The translations under genes and the position numbers were made by a program. This document shows, in pieces, positions 47,926 to 58,946 of a stretch of 64,000 nucleotides of DNA. Source of the stretch: a virus; IMG/VR virus record IMGVR_UViG_3300032268_000293, positions 1 through 64,000 of that record, one strand, 5' to 3'. Every line of letters begins with the position of its first letter. Positions within the stretch are counted from its first letter, which is position 1. Below the pieces are notes generated by a model that was given only the letters and a program-made list of their open reading frames with translations, was not told the DNA's origin and made no database searches.

Positions 47926-49275
47926 TTATCCGAAAAATTCGTCTAAACTCTGGGTTTCTTGCGTTTCGAAGTGTTCATCGAACATATTTCGCGAATTTTT
48001 AGCCAAGTTTGGATCGAAATTCGTTTTTGTAAGAAGTTCGTTTAGATACCCAGTTGGCTTTTGTTCAGCCAAATCAACATAATGCTGGGCAATACGCTTA
48101 CGATCAAACTGCTGGATTAACTCATAGTTGTTGTTGACGATACGCATATACTCAGTCTCTGGCATATCGCAGTACTCAGCGATCTTTTCGCCATATTCTT
48201 TTGGTGTATAGGACTTCTTAAGCATACAGTAGTTGACCCCTGCTTTCAGAAGAACACCATTACCTTCTTCGTTGTTGGAAACGCCATAGTTCACAGCGAT
48301 GGGCACAGTCCCGATACGCATAGCATCCACGACAACCCGATTGAAATGCTCACCAAAAGTGTTAGACCAACTAGAATCAATAAGAAATCTAGAAGTTGAT
48401 AAAATCTCGTCACGTTTTCCTCCAGAAATAAAACCAAGATACTCGAAGTTGCCTGAGTTTTCGGCATTTTCCCAAATACGTTTACCTTCCCTATCAGGTG
48501 TTACGTCTGGGTCATATTGCCTAGTAGCAAAATAATCTTCTTTACATTTTTCCTTCGACATCATGTATGCTGCTTCAATACCATAACCACCAACAAGGGT
48601 TTTGACATTTTTCATGTAAGGTACTGCACGAATAAGGTCGTCCACACGCTTCCAGCGTTTAAATGTCTGTATTGACAGGATTTTGTTCTCGCGACCAGCA
48701 AACTGCGGAGTAGGTGGTACGCCAGCGATATCCTGAGGGTTTAAAATTAACGCTCGAGGTGTGGACATAAAATCAGCTGAGTCATACGCAGCAGGGTGTA
48801 CGCATGCGAGACCAGCAAAATGTTTTTCAAATATACTAATCCAAGGATAGAGTTTCTTTAGATTTGCGTCATGAATAATTACAATTTGTTTTGCTTTGAC
48901 ATTCTCAATCATTGGCAACCAATCTTTATATTTCTCGGTGTCCTTGTTTTTAAAACCGAAAATAGATTGCCAAATAATAATATCGTGTTTGTTTGCGTCT
49001 TCAACAAATTTGTCGATGGACTCTTTTACTTTATAAGAATAATATGGTGCCATCCAACCATCACCTTGATGAACAGGATAACCAGAACCAATACCAATCT
49101 CCCATCCTTCCTTCAATTCAGAAGGAATCTCAACAGGACGAACTGTCTTTGTGCCTTTAAGGTAGGCAAAATTTACTTCATGACCAAGTTCTTTTAATCC
49201 TGCCATTAGATGTTCGCAGTGATTAATGATTCCACCAAAGTTGTTGAAGGTGTGCATTACCATTAAAATTCTCAT
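47926..49275 (-). CDS. GT-B (GT4-like) glycosyltransferase, candidate DNA glycosyltransferase
   Basis: N-terminal FGGIINH, FKRWKR, EHFNRVVVDAMRIGTVP; ends SLDEFFG. Confidence 0.75.
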   Translation of the reverse strand: MRILMVMHTFNNFGGIINHCEHLMAGLKELGHEVNFAYLKGTKTVRPVEIPSELKEGWEIGIGSGYPVHQGDGWMAPYYSYKVKESIDKFVEDANKHDIIIWQSIFGFKNKDTEKYKDWLPMIENVKAKQIVIIHDANLKKLYPWISIFEKHFAGLACVHPAAYDSADFMSTPRALILNPQDIAGVPPTPQFAGRENKILSIQTFKRWKRVDDLIRAVPYMKNVKTLVGGYGIEAAYMMSKEKCKEDYFATRQYDPDVTPDREGKRIWENAENSGNFEYLGFISGGKRDEILSTSRFLIDSSWSNTFGEHFNRVVVDAMRIGTVPIAVNYGVSNNEEGNGVLLKAGVNYCMLKKSYTPKEYGEKIAEYCDMPETEYMRIVNNNYELIQQFDRKRIAQHYVDLAEQKPTGYLNELLTKTNFDPNLAKNSRNMFDEHFETQETQSLDEFFG

Positions 49276-50102
49276 GTCCAAAGTCCTTGTCTAATTTTAA
49301 TCAAACGAATCATCATGTCTTCGTCTTCTTGTTCATAGCGTTGCTCAATTTCAGTGCACAAGTCAAGTGCTTTTTTAGTTTCTTCTTTTTCTTCTTCGGT
49401 ACGATCCTCAAAGTCAAGGAATCCTTTATCAGCCTCGCGACGTTTATCGCAAATAGCAGACCAACCAGATGCTTCGTGGGCATCAACACGTTTTGGTCGC
49501 TCAACTGTCCACCAAGTATATAGATCTAGAATTTCTTGCGCTTTAATTGCTTGGTGAGTTAATTTACCAAAACCCTCATCATCGGGTTTGAGACCCCAAT
49601 CTTCACCAGCTGTCAATTTACGTTGCCATTCTAGATTAGCAAGTCCGCACTCTGGATTGCGCCAAGTGCGCCAACGGAACCATCCTGTGGCATACCAAGG
49701 TGATTTAAACTTCTTGCGTGACTCTTCATCCCAAACAACATGCCACCACGCAAGTTCTACTTCCACAAAATCGACAAGTTCATTGAAGAGGCATGGTAGG
49801 AAGCGATTTCCGACATCACACCAGTTTCCTGGCTTAATGTCACGAGGGTGGGCAGTAAGAGAATGAGTGCGAGTAACCCAGCGATTATTGATGTAGTATT
49901 TAACAGAGTAAATCGCATCAGGAATGTATAGAATTGCTCCCTGAATCGCATCAAGACCTTCTTCGGCAAGCCAGTATCGAAATTTGTGTGCTTCTTTTGC
50001 AGCTGCATTCCAGTTTCTCCATCCCTTTGATGTTTCTGCGTGTGGCTTTGGTGTCCCACGAAGCCAGTCGGCGAATTTAGTGCATGACCAATAGTTGCGC
50101 AT
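49272..50102 (-). CDS. Trp-rich hypothetical protein
   Basis: Coupled ORF; FNELVDFVE, LYTWWT, MIRLIKIRQGLWT. Confidence 0.7.
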   Translation of the reverse strand: MRNYWSCTKFADWLRGTPKPHAETSKGWRNWNAAAKEAHKFRYWLAEEGLDAIQGAILYIPDAIYSVKYYINNRWVTRTHSLTAHPRDIKPGNWCDVGNRFLPCLFNELVDFVEVELAWWHVVWDEESRKKFKSPWYATGWFRWRTWRNPECGLANLEWQRKLTAGEDWGLKPDDEGFGKLTHQAIKAQEILDLYTWWTVERPKRVDAHEASGWSAICDKRREADKGFLDFEDRTEEEKEETKKALDLCTEIEQRYEQEDEDMMIRLIKIRQGLWT

Positions 50103-50105
50103 GTT

Positions 50106-50321
50106 TTACCTCTTTAAATTTATGTATTCTTTAAAATAATTATCAAATTTGTTAATTAAGCTCTCAATGTCACTGCTGTTTGTAAGATCCTCAACTATGC
50201 GCTTCTCATCCATATTAAACTGTTTCGCATATCTTCTTGCGATACTTAGAAGAGTCGCAACTCTCATGTTAGGACTCTTCAAATTTAATGAAAGTTTTTG
50301 TCTTTCTTCACGAAAACTCAT
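50106..50321 (-). CDS. Hypothetical protein
   Basis: Overlaps the dioxygenase stop. Confidence 0.55.
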   Translation of the reverse strand: MSFREERQKLSLNLKSPNMRVATLLSIARRYAKQFNMDEKRIVEDLTNSSDIESLINKFDNYFKEYINLKR

Positions 50322-51631
50322 ACAAAGAATTCATCAATATCAGCCTTTACCGCATTGGGATGATACTTCGCCAAATCTTCTTCACCAAGTTTGTTGCGAA
50401 GGTAATCATACCACTCTTGTTCTTCCCACATTCCTGGGGAAACACCATTCCATAGTTTTTTCCATAGAGGGTGTTCTTTGTTCAATCTACGAGACTCAAC
50501 ATATTCATATCTAGTATTTTCGTATTCGTACGATCCAAGTTCTAACATGTTTTCACGCAAATAAACAACAAGCGAAACACGCTCAGAACCTTCTTCGCAT
50601 ACGATTGGTGTGTTACCATGAATAACCTCATGATTGTTTACCAACAACAAATCTCCTGGACGAACATTTACGGCAATACGAATTTCAGGGAAAATCAAAT
50701 AACCACCTGTGTATCTACCATCATTAGAAAGTGTCAACAGATTTGAAAGACCATCAGAAAAGTCGCCAGCATCACGATGAGCAGCAGTTCTAAATGTTTT
50801 ATTTACTGTTACTGTAGTAAAAGGTGTCTCAGGAATAACAAATCTTGGATCAATTTTATCTGTTGCTACTTTCTGAGCGGAATATCTTGTTGGTAATAGT
50901 GTCTCAAAACCTCTAGCCAAATGCTGAAGGAAGGGATACGCCATCTTAAACTTCTCAAAATTATCACGAGTATATGTAGTCGCACGACCAAACGGAATAC
51001 GAGGATAACGATCGAACCAACCTGCGATACCAGAATCAACTGGATTACCATAGGATGTTTCACTAACCATCTTCATAGTTTCTTGTGTTGATTCTGCTCT
51101 CTGCGCAGGTGTCAACGGAATAATACTGTCAACCCACTCATCAAAATTAAATTTGTTGCGGAAACGTGAGATAACCCAAACATTATTCTTACCCGAACCC
51201 AATGCTTTCAAACGTGACTCTGGTGTTGGATAACGTGAACGAATTTCTTCAATAACATCCTCATCTCCGAGTTTGGCTTTTTCTGCGTTGAGTAAAGCAA
51301 GCATTAGTTCTTCCTGATAATTTGTTACCCACTCACGACCTTCGCCTGTTACCGATGTCCCTTCTTTGATACCAGAAGCAAGTCCACGATTTTCAGTACG
51401 AACAGCAGCCTCACGCAATCCAGCATATGCTGCGTCTTGTTCTTCCTTTGAGAAAAAGTTTTTTCTAAACTTAAAGGCAATATGCCTTTCGTCTGGATCA
51501 ACTCCATAACCAGATGGAAGATAACAATCCGTATCCTCTTCAATCAAAATATCATAATTGGACTCATCAACAAACATACCAAGTAAATGTTCGCAGTCAT
51601 GTTTTTGTTCTAGTTTAATTACACGTGTCAT
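50318..51631 (-). CDS. TET/JBP-family 2OG-Fe(II) dioxygenase
   Basis: FTTVTVN..FRTAAHRDAGD (HxD), GGYLIFPE, IHGNTP, ERVSLVVYLRE; ends IDEFFV. Confidence 0.85.
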   Translation of the reverse strand: MTRVIKLEQKHDCEHLLGMFVDESNYDILIEEDTDCYLPSGYGVDPDERHIAFKFRKNFFSKEEQDAAYAGLREAAVRTENRGLASGIKEGTSVTGEGREWVTNYQEELMLALLNAEKAKLGDEDVIEEIRSRYPTPESRLKALGSGKNNVWVISRFRNKFNFDEWVDSIIPLTPAQRAESTQETMKMVSETSYGNPVDSGIAGWFDRYPRIPFGRATTYTRDNFEKFKMAYPFLQHLARGFETLLPTRYSAQKVATDKIDPRFVIPETPFTTVTVNKTFRTAAHRDAGDFSDGLSNLLTLSNDGRYTGGYLIFPEIRIAVNVRPGDLLLVNNHEVIHGNTPIVCEEGSERVSLVVYLRENMLELGSYEYENTRYEYVESRRLNKEHPLWKKLWNGVSPGMWEEQEWYDYLRNKLGEEDLAKYHPNAVKADIDEFFV

Positions 51632-53022
51632 ACTTTAAACCCTTCGAAATTGTTTTCTTCTATTCTTTTACCAAAAGAACTTTGATCAAATAGAGGAACA
51701 TCATTATCAACTTTACCCATACCACCCAAATTACTTTGAGCACTCATCTCAACATCATATAGACGCATATGTTTACGATCAACTCCAACAATAAATCTCT
51801 TATAGAAATTTGGATCAGAATAACGATTCTTCAACTGTTTCACCATAATCTGATTCAACTCCGCAAGTTCCTCTGTACTAATTAGAGCAATCATTAAGTC
51901 TGCTGTTGCTGGCAAACCGAAAGATTCAGAAGTATCTTCAAGACCAACATCAGTGTTACTATAACCAGAACGTGTAGTTTGTGTAGCAGAAACAATTGGC
52001 ACTTTATACTCAACAGCCAAACCACGAAGTTCTTCTGCGATTGCTTTAATATATGTATAAGAGTTTACATTTCCACTCAGTTTCAAACGCTGACTTGCAC
52101 AAATATTAATATAATCGATAAAGATAATGTCTGGCGTAAAGTCTTTCTTCAATCTCAACTCTTCAAGCAAAGCACGGAAATGACCAGCATGAGCAGAAGT
52201 GGTAGGATATTCTTTTACGACCAATTTACCATTCGTCTTTTCTTTCAACTTCTCAACACGAGAATCAAAGACCCTACGCTCAACCATCTTCAATCCTTCC
52301 ATAGAAAGATCAAGTAGGTTTGCGTCAATACGTTCTGCAATCTTTTCCTCAGCCATCTCCATGGTTATGTATAAAACATTAACACCCTTCATCAACATAG
52401 ACGAAGCAAAATGACACATTGCCAAAGATTTACCAACACCAGTACCAGCAAGAATAATGTTCAGCGTTTTCTTACTGACTCCTCCGTTCGTGATTTTATT
52501 GAGAAGTTCAATGTCGAAAGGAATCTTCTCTTCAACCCTGTGATAAAAATCATAACGATCAGCAGCATTTTCAAGATAGTCATGACCAACATGATTATCA
52601 AATGAAACGGCAAGAGCATCGCTAAGAATAGAAACAATCGCATCTTGGTTACGGTTTTTATCTTTTCCATCAATTATTTTGATTGAACTGAGAATAGCAT
52701 TATAAACTGCTTTATCTTTACAGAATTTTTCTGTTGATTCAACCAACCACTCCTCATTAGAATGTTCATCCGCAAAATCTTCAACAAGTTCGTTAATGTT
52801 TTTTACTTGTTCGTCAGTAACATCAGTTCTATTACTTACTTCAATTTTAACAATATCTTTACTTGGAACCTTACCATACTTGTTAAAGAATTTATCAATT
52901 TCCTCAAAAACAATACGATCTGTTCTCTCAGTAAAATACTCAGGAACCAGAAAGGGCATAACCTTTCTGGAATATTCCTCATTAGAAATTAGATTTGAAA
53001 AAATCTGATTTTCAATTCTCAT
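51628..53022 (-). CDS. Replicative helicase (T4 gp41-like)
   Basis: [37 protein letters not shown]. Confidence 0.95.
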   Translation of the reverse strand: MRIENQIFSNLISNEEYSRKVMPFLVPEYFTERTDRIVFEEIDKFFNKYGKVPSKDIVKIEVSNRTDVTDEQVKNINELVEDFADEHSNEEWLVESTEKFCKDKAVYNAILSSIKIIDGKDKNRNQDAIVSILSDALAVSFDNHVGHDYLENAADRYDFYHRVEEKIPFDIELLNKITNGGVSKKTLNIILAGTGVGKSLAMCHFASSMLMKGVNVLYITMEMAEEKIAERIDANLLDLSMEGLKMVERRVFDSRVEKLKEKTNGKLVVKEYPTTSAHAGHFRALLEELRLKKDFTPDIIFIDYINICASQRLKLSGNVNSYTYIKAIAEELRGLAVEYKVPIVSATQTTRSGYSNTDVGLEDTSESFGLPATADLMIALISTEELAELNQIMVKQLKNRYSDPNFYKRFIVGVDRKHMRLYDVEMSAQSNLGGMGKVDNDVPLFDQSSFGKRIEENNFEGFKV

Positions 53023-54070
53023 TCAATTCTTCCTCTAGTTCTTCAATTTCTTGCTCAACGTCACTACCATAATTATACTTTGATTTACAATATTTGTCAA
53101 GTTGAGTTAAGATATCCTCAGTGAAGAAATTAGAGGGATTGCTTGCAATGTTTTTACCGAATACTTTTCTACCATCATGAACCTCGATACGACCACCCTG
53201 CGCTTTCCAGATTCCTGCTTCAACAGCAAGATCGGTTAGACCATGATGACGATCTAGACCTTTAGTGAAAGACAATTTTGTTTCAACCATAGATTTCTCT
53301 CTTGTGAAACGAGACTTCTCAAGTTTACACTTGATAATATTACCAACAACTTCAGTTCCGTCTTTATCTTGCGACTTAGAAAGGAACACGATTGTTGATG
53401 CTGCATATTTCAAGCCATCGCCACCACCCATAACTTTAGTTGGAATGTAAGCACCAACTGCTGCGTAAGTATGATTAGTCACAACCATAGCAATATCGAG
53501 TTTAGCCAACTTCAAAGATAGCACCCTGAAAGCACCTCGAATCAACTGCGCACGAGTCATATCTCGTGTATCTTTCCCCTCAAGCGTATCTTCCATTTCT
53601 TTAGCAGTTGAAAGCATACCCAATGAATCAAGGAACAACATCAAAGGTGGGCGATCTTTCTTTGGTGTCTTTTCATAAGCATCTAGAATCTTAGATGCTT
53701 GAGTGCGGAATTCTTGAATCGTAGAAACAGGAACAATAACAAAACGCTTGGTGTCAATACCACGTTCCTGAAGCATGTCCTTCGTCAACGCACCTTCTGT
53801 TTCAAAGTAAACGACTCCAGCTTGTTCATTAGTTCGAAGAAAATTTCCCGCAATGCCAAGAGCATAAAAGGTTTTTCCTGTGGAAGACTCACCAGCCAAA
53901 GCTGTAACTTTGTTGCTAGGTAAACCACCATAGATGCTACCACTGATAAGAGCATTAAAGGCATAAGAACCAGTATCGATAAAACTGCCAGTATCACCAA
54001 CCACACCATCATCAGCCAATCCCGCATATTCATTATCAAGTTCCTTTACAATATTTTTTAAAAAACTCAT
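53012..54070 (-). CDS. uvsX: RecA-like recombinase
   Basis: [31 protein letters not shown]. Confidence 0.93.
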   Translation of the reverse strand: MSFLKNIVKELDNEYAGLADDGVVGDTGSFIDTGSYAFNALISGSIYGGLPSNKVTALAGESSTGKTFYALGIAGNFLRTNEQAGVVYFETEGALTKDMLQERGIDTKRFVIVPVSTIQEFRTQASKILDAYEKTPKKDRPPLMLFLDSLGMLSTAKEMEDTLEGKDTRDMTRAQLIRGAFRVLSLKLAKLDIAMVVTNHTYAAVGAYIPTKVMGGGDGLKYAASTIVFLSKSQDKDGTEVVGNIIKCKLEKSRFTREKSMVETKLSFTKGLDRHHGLTDLAVEAGIWKAQGGRIEVHDGRKVFGKNIASNPSNFFTEDILTQLDKYCKSKYNYGSDVEQEIEELEEELNEN

Positions 54071-54279
54071 TCTTTTGTCTCCTCTTCATCTTGTTTCACA
54101 TACTGAATCTCCTGCGCAATCATTGCCAAATATTCGACAGCGCAAACTAAACAATATGATAATTTTTCGTAACCAAATTCGGGCATGTTTACACGAAACA
54201 CGTAGTCATCTCTAACTTCACCATGTTTCGGACATACACACTTTGGTGGTTTTTCTAGTTGTATATTTTCAGTTTCCAT
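54067..54279 (-). CDS. Small putative Zn-binding protein
   Basis: CPKHG...YCLVC. Confidence 0.55.
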   Translation of the reverse strand: METENIQLEKPPKCVCPKHGEVRDDYVFRVNMPEFGYEKLSYCLVCAVEYLAMIAQEIQYVKQDEEETKE

Positions 54280-54285
54280 AATAAG

Positions 54286-54314
54286 ATTATACCTCTTTTC
54301 TGTTTAAATGTAAA
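54286..54314 (-). promoter_or_regulatory. Sigma70-type promoter
   Basis: TTTACA-17-TATAAT. Confidence 0.7.
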
Positions 54315-54318
54315 GTAA

Positions 54319-56799
54319 TCATGCGAAGAATTCATCTAGATCGTTTTTCTCAACAATACTCCAGTCAATTGCCTCAAGAATTATTGAAAGTGGATCAAGA
54401 AACACCTTCTCAAACTGTTTATCATAATCTATGTATTTATGTAGATTCAGCTCATTTGGTAAAGTACCAACAAACGAAATAATGTTTTCGTGTATTGTGT
54501 TTGGTTCACGCAAGTAAACGAATTTAATTTTATCACCATTCTTAATCAATTGATATTTGTTTAAGAGATTCATTTCTTTCATGTAGTGATTATATAACAA
54601 AGCACCACGGACATGAATTGGCGTAGCCTTTTTATAGATTGTTGATGAAGATTTATAATCATTCAAGTCATTTACGCCACGTGGGAAAGCAATCTCTTCC
54701 ACACTCATCGTATTAAATTTCTTTTGAAAGTCAAGAACGAACTTCCTTAGTTCTTTCTCATCACCACCCATAATCACTTTAATGGCATCTTTTAAAGTCT
54801 CACGAATAGTAGCAGGTGTTGACGACTTAACCACCTCAAGACCCATAATCTTCATCTTGGGTTGCGCATACTGAACACCCTCAGAGTTATGGACATTGAG
54901 AACGTAGCGTTTCTTAGCAGTCCATATACCTTTGTCGGCGATAGACTCACGCTTCATAATCATTTTTTGATCATAAGCATTCTGTCTTCGAGCAAGTTCT
55001 TGATAACATTTATCGATGAATGGTTGAACCTTGTCTTCGCATATCTTGTCGATTGTAACTATTACTTTTTGGGTGTCTTTTTGTTGTTCTTCTGTGAAGA
55101 TAGAATCAACAAGCGGAGCCATATTAATATACACAGAGTCAGTATCAACAGCAATAACATAGTCTGCTCCTTCAGTCTTTAACAATTTGTTGAAATATTC
55201 ATTGAGTCTATCGTGGATCCAACGAATAGAAAGTTGACCAGAAAGTGTAATACCTTCTGATAATCGTTTATCGTAGTATCGGAAATATTGATTAGCCAAA
55301 GCACCATAAGCAGAGTTAAGAGCAATCTTTAATGCCATCTGTAGGTTGTTGAGTCTAGATATCTCATTAGTCAATGCATGATTCTTTGTGTTCTCATATT
55401 CCTGCTGCACTTTCAGCATCTGCTTCTTTGACTTGCTTCGATCAGTATACATTTTCTCCATCAACTCAGGGAGGAAACCACGTACGTCTTTACGATAACA
55501 CCATCCATTCGCAGAAACAGCAAGTCCATTATTATCTGGCTCTTCTTTCAGAAACAAATCTACTCCACCAGAAACGCTTTTAACAATAGTCTCGGGAGAC
55601 ATATTATACTGCATAATCAAATGCGGATACAGACTATTCAAGTCAAACGAAACTACCCACTTATGAAATCCAATCAGAGGATCTTTAACATACGCACCTT
55701 CAATTGCTGTGTCTTTAGAGTTACCAGTCTTTGGTGGTATAACAATCTTTTTTGCACGCAAATGATTGTAGATTATAGTATCCCACATGCGAACCTGCGA
55801 AAACACATCTTCGTAGTTCACCTTTGCGTTATAAGCCATAACAATCGCCAACTCGACAAGTTTCATCTTGTCTTCAAGCATGTCAACAAGAGAGGTGTCA
55901 TGAATATTATAGTCAACGAAATCACGCCAGTGGTTTGTATAGAAATCTTTGAAAGAATCTCCTGGGTTTTCTTTCTTACGCTCACCAAGTTCCACAAAAG
56001 CAATATGGTCAAGACGATACGATTCCTGCATCGTATAAGTAAACTTCTTATAGAGATCGATGTAGTCAAGAACACTTACGCCAATAATATCATACGCAAT
56101 TTCTTTATTGCCTTTGATGTAGATTTCTCTGCGTGTGATCATATTCCAAGGCGACATCTTCTTAGAGTCATCTTCGCCGAGAACGTTGTGAATACGTTGA
56201 ATCAGATATGGGATATCGAACAGATTGATGTTCCAACCTGTAACAATATCTGGTGTGTTCTTACGCCAAAATGTTAAGAACTCGCGAAGCAGTTTTGCTT
56301 CCGAGTCACAGTGAATGTAGAAAGGACATTGACCATCGTAAGGTTTGCGACCAAACACAGTTAGACGTTTGGTCTTGTTGTCCATCAACGAGATTAGAAG
56401 TATTTCCTCATTCGCCGTTTCGATGTTAGGAAAACCATCCTCAGTCTCAGTTTCAATATCAATAGAGAAACACCTAATCTTGTCCTTGTCGTAAACAATT
56501 TCTGACGGATAATTATCCGAGATGTATTGGTAAGCATAATTTAAATTTCCATAAATTTTAAAACCCTCAACACCCTCGTACTTCTCGATAAAGTCTCGTG
56601 TGTCTTTAATATTACCTGGAGAGAATGAATACACAACTTCGCCATCAAGTGTGCGCATCATCTCTTTTGAATTTTTATGTTTTGATGTTACGTAGAGAGT
56701 TGGGTGGAAATCTATCTTCTCTTTAAATGTCTCACCATTCTCATAACCTCGAACGAGAATTTTATTCCCGATAGAACAAATGTTCGTATAAAACTGCAT
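54319..56799 (-). CDS. Family B DNA polymerase (T4 gp43-like)
   Basis: DIET exonuclease motif, SFDLNSLYP, KIALNSAYG, DTDS, KKRY; ends LDEFFA. Confidence 0.97.
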   Translation of the reverse strand: MQFYTNICSIGNKILVRGYENGETFKEKIDFHPTLYVTSKHKNSKEMMRTLDGEVVYSFSPGNIKDTRDFIEKYEGVEGFKIYGNLNYAYQYISDNYPSEIVYDKDKIRCFSIDIETETEDGFPNIETANEEILLISLMDNKTKRLTVFGRKPYDGQCPFYIHCDSEAKLLREFLTFWRKNTPDIVTGWNINLFDIPYLIQRIHNVLGEDDSKKMSPWNMITRREIYIKGNKEIAYDIIGVSVLDYIDLYKKFTYTMQESYRLDHIAFVELGERKKENPGDSFKDFYTNHWRDFVDYNIHDTSLVDMLEDKMKLVELAIVMAYNAKVNYEDVFSQVRMWDTIIYNHLRAKKIVIPPKTGNSKDTAIEGAYVKDPLIGFHKWVVSFDLNSLYPHLIMQYNMSPETIVKSVSGGVDLFLKEEPDNNGLAVSANGWCYRKDVRGFLPELMEKMYTDRSKSKKQMLKVQQEYENTKNHALTNEISRLNNLQMALKIALNSAYGALANQYFRYYDKRLSEGITLSGQLSIRWIHDRLNEYFNKLLKTEGADYVIAVDTDSVYINMAPLVDSIFTEEQQKDTQKVIVTIDKICEDKVQPFIDKCYQELARRQNAYDQKMIMKRESIADKGIWTAKKRYVLNVHNSEGVQYAQPKMKIMGLEVVKSSTPATIRETLKDAIKVIMGGDEKELRKFVLDFQKKFNTMSVEEIAFPRGVNDLNDYKSSSTIYKKATPIHVRGALLYNHYMKEMNLLNKYQLIKNGDKIKFVYLREPNTIHENIISFVGTLPNELNLHKYIDYDKQFEKVFLDPLSIILEAIDWSIVEKNDLDEFFA

Positions 56800-56824
56800 G
56801 ACACTCCTTCATGTTTATCTTACT

Positions 56825-56853
56825 ATTATACTTAGAGCGGAGTTTTTTGTAAA
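56825..56853 (-). promoter_or_regulatory. Sigma70-type promoter of the polymerase gene
   Basis: TTTACA-17-TATAAT. Confidence 0.7.
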
Positions 56854-56854
56854 A

Positions 56855-57421
56855 TTATTTTCCATGCACCAACTGCATAATATCATATGCGCAGTCGTGA
56901 ACAGGATGGTGCTTAATTACATTGGCACCTTTATCGAATGGAATCTTAAGATCGCAATATCCATTCTTCGTTGTTTCGCAAAGACAATCTAGAGCAGTTC
57001 GAACATCACGCCAACAGTTATATGGCGCAAGCAAATCAACATCTACTGCTTTACATAAACTATCAATTACCATCTGATCAAGAGAACCACGTGACCAGAA
57101 TGTTGGGTTACTTGGTTTACCAATGTAGTCACGCAACTTCTCAATCCCATCAAGAACAGAAATATCATTCTTTGACGGAACAAAACTCACTTCTCTAATC
57201 GAAGGATGAATTTTACTCCACCATTCAATAGTAGATTTGTCAATCGTGCGATTATAATTTTTTACTTGTTCCTCAACATTCAATTTAACGAACAACGCAT
57301 CTTGTAGATAGTCGTCGTAAGTTTTTTCTGTATTTGTTGGGTCAAATCTAATAATCGCAGCAGACAAAATAACACTGGTGGATTCTACACCAATAGTCTC
57401 TACGTCAAACATATACATCAT
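56855..57421 (-). CDS. DEDDh 3'-5' exonuclease (DexA-like)
   Basis: FDVET, TIEWW, WSRGSLD, RDVRT, HHPVHD. Confidence 0.82.
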   Translation of the reverse strand: MMYMFDVETIGVESTSVILSAAIIRFDPTNTEKTYDDYLQDALFVKLNVEEQVKNYNRTIDKSTIEWWSKIHPSIREVSFVPSKNDISVLDGIEKLRDYIGKPSNPTFWSRGSLDQMVIDSLCKAVDVDLLAPYNCWRDVRTALDCLCETTKNGYCDLKIPFDKGANVIKHHPVHDCAYDIMQLVHGK

Positions 57422-58131
57422 TCGATTTGTTCCTTCACTAATGTATCAAGTTCTTCTTCAGTAAGTTCTTGCATCAAACCGCACCACTGAGTAGGTTTAA
57501 TTTTCTTACCATCCCAATACTCACCCCATGATTTACCATCCCATGTGGCAAATTGATCATAGTCACGATCTTTAGTTTTAATGATATAGCGACCAATCTT
57601 TTCTGGTTTAATTTTACCATCAATCATTTCTGTTCTAGGTAATCCCCACAAAACATCAGTAGTAATATTATCTATGTAGTCTTCATGCGCATTCTCTAAA
57701 CCTGCGAAATCTATTACATCACTAGGCAGCGAATCAATAGAATCTTTATCAGAAAGACTGTATTCATAACAATCGTCATGTCCCTCAATAAACTGCCCAG
57801 CATATCCCATTCCTGGCTCGTGGTAATATGCTTCCACATCCCACCCCTGCCCATCAAGATATTCATAAAGAGATGTTGGTGGGGACCATGCTGATTCGAA
57901 AGCAATCCAAATACAATTATCTTCCTGTCGTTCCCAGTCTATAATACCCATCTCCCATTTTGTTCCCCAATTATTGACTGACCAATCATACTCCCACTCA
58001 CCAGAAGGATTTGGGCGCAAGTGCTGGAATACTTGTTGATTTTCTTTATCTTCTAAAACCTTTTGTAAGGTATCAATTTTAGTTACATCATCATTGCGAA
58101 AATATGCGCTGTTATCACACCAATTAGGCAT
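57418..58131 (-). CDS. DUF1281/YubB-like protein
   Basis: MPNWCDN, NWGTKW, FESAWSPP, YHEPGMGYAG. Confidence 0.75.
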   Translation of the reverse strand: MPNWCDNSAYFRNDDVTKIDTLQKVLEDKENQQVFQHLRPNPSGEWEYDWSVNNWGTKWEMGIIDWERQEDNCIWIAFESAWSPPTSLYEYLDGQGWDVEAYYHEPGMGYAGQFIEGHDDCYEYSLSDKDSIDSLPSDVIDFAGLENAHEDYIDNITTDVLWGLPRTEMIDGKIKPEKIGRYIIKTKDRDYDQFATWDGKSWGEYWDGKKIKPTQWCGLMQELTEEELDTLVKEQIE

Positions 58132-58275
58132 CTTGATTCTCCTGTTCAATAATCTTTACTTCATCATAAAATTCTAATTCGATTAATTCTGTAGCTTTTA
58201 TTTCGGCTTCCATTATGTCCATACATGTCTCTGATCGGACAACTTTACTATTATTATAACATTTAACAAAAAAGA

Positions 58276-58404
58276 TCATTTAACATTCTCCTTGATAACT
58301 ATTTGTGTTTGGTTAACAAATCCATCAAGGTATCTAGCAATTCCAGTAAACCCCACAGTAGCAACAGCAATGCCAAGAAAAAATCCCACAATCAAATTAA
58401 TCAT
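58276..58404 (-). CDS. Small membrane protein, 42 aa (not in ORF track)
   Basis: MINLIVGFFLGIAVATVGFTGIARYLD... Confidence 0.55.
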   Translation of the reverse strand: MINLIVGFFLGIAVATVGFTGIARYLDGFVNQTQIVIKENVK

Positions 58405-58946
58405 GAGGAAAGTTCCTTTATTGTTTTTACTTCAAACTCTCCCCATCGTTTCTCAGCAGAGTTTGTCAATGAACCATCTTTACTCGAAAAAGAAAACGAA
58501 ATACCTGTTTTGGTCATACGGTTTTTCCAGATCGGAAATGGTAATACAAACATACGATAACCGATCTTATTAATATTCTCATCCATATATGTTATAAAAA
58601 TACGCAACGCACCTTTCTTATTTCTAACAGATGCTGGCGACAAACAGCACCATGTGCGTTGAACATCCTTACCTTTGTATTTACTGTGATTCAATGAACG
58701 AGCACGCATATACTTTGCGTCAGAATGATCATTAAAATCTTCACCATCTTCATTACTACGTTTGAGTTGTTTGTTGTTGTCAGCAATAACCTGCTCAAGC
58801 AAATTAGAAACTGACAACAAACCTGTTTTGGTCAACTCAATGGCTTGCTGTTTTGTTACACCACCATTTTTCTTAAGATGTTCCCAAAGATATTCAACTG
58901 CGAGACCATCTGTTATTGCAGAATATTCGGTGTGATTCGCAGCCAT
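58401..58946 (-). CDS. Hypothetical protein
   Basis: LLEQVIA...DFNDHSDAKY (possible nuclease-like D..DAK). Confidence 0.6.
   Translation of the reverse strand: MAANHTEYSAITDGLAVEYLWEHLKKNGGVTKQQAIELTKTGLLSVSNLLEQVIADNNKQLKRSNEDGEDFNDHSDAKYMRARSLNHSKYKGKDVQRTWCCLSPASVRNKKGALRIFITYMDENINKIGYRMFVLPFPIWKNRMTKTGISFSFSSKDGSLTNSAEKRWGEFEVKTIKELSS

Noticed and set aside
55621-56277. 218-aa antisense ORF in the polymerase gene, and similar plus-strand ORFs elsewhere
   Set aside because: They lie opposite well-supported genes, lack SD sites and have shadow-frame composition
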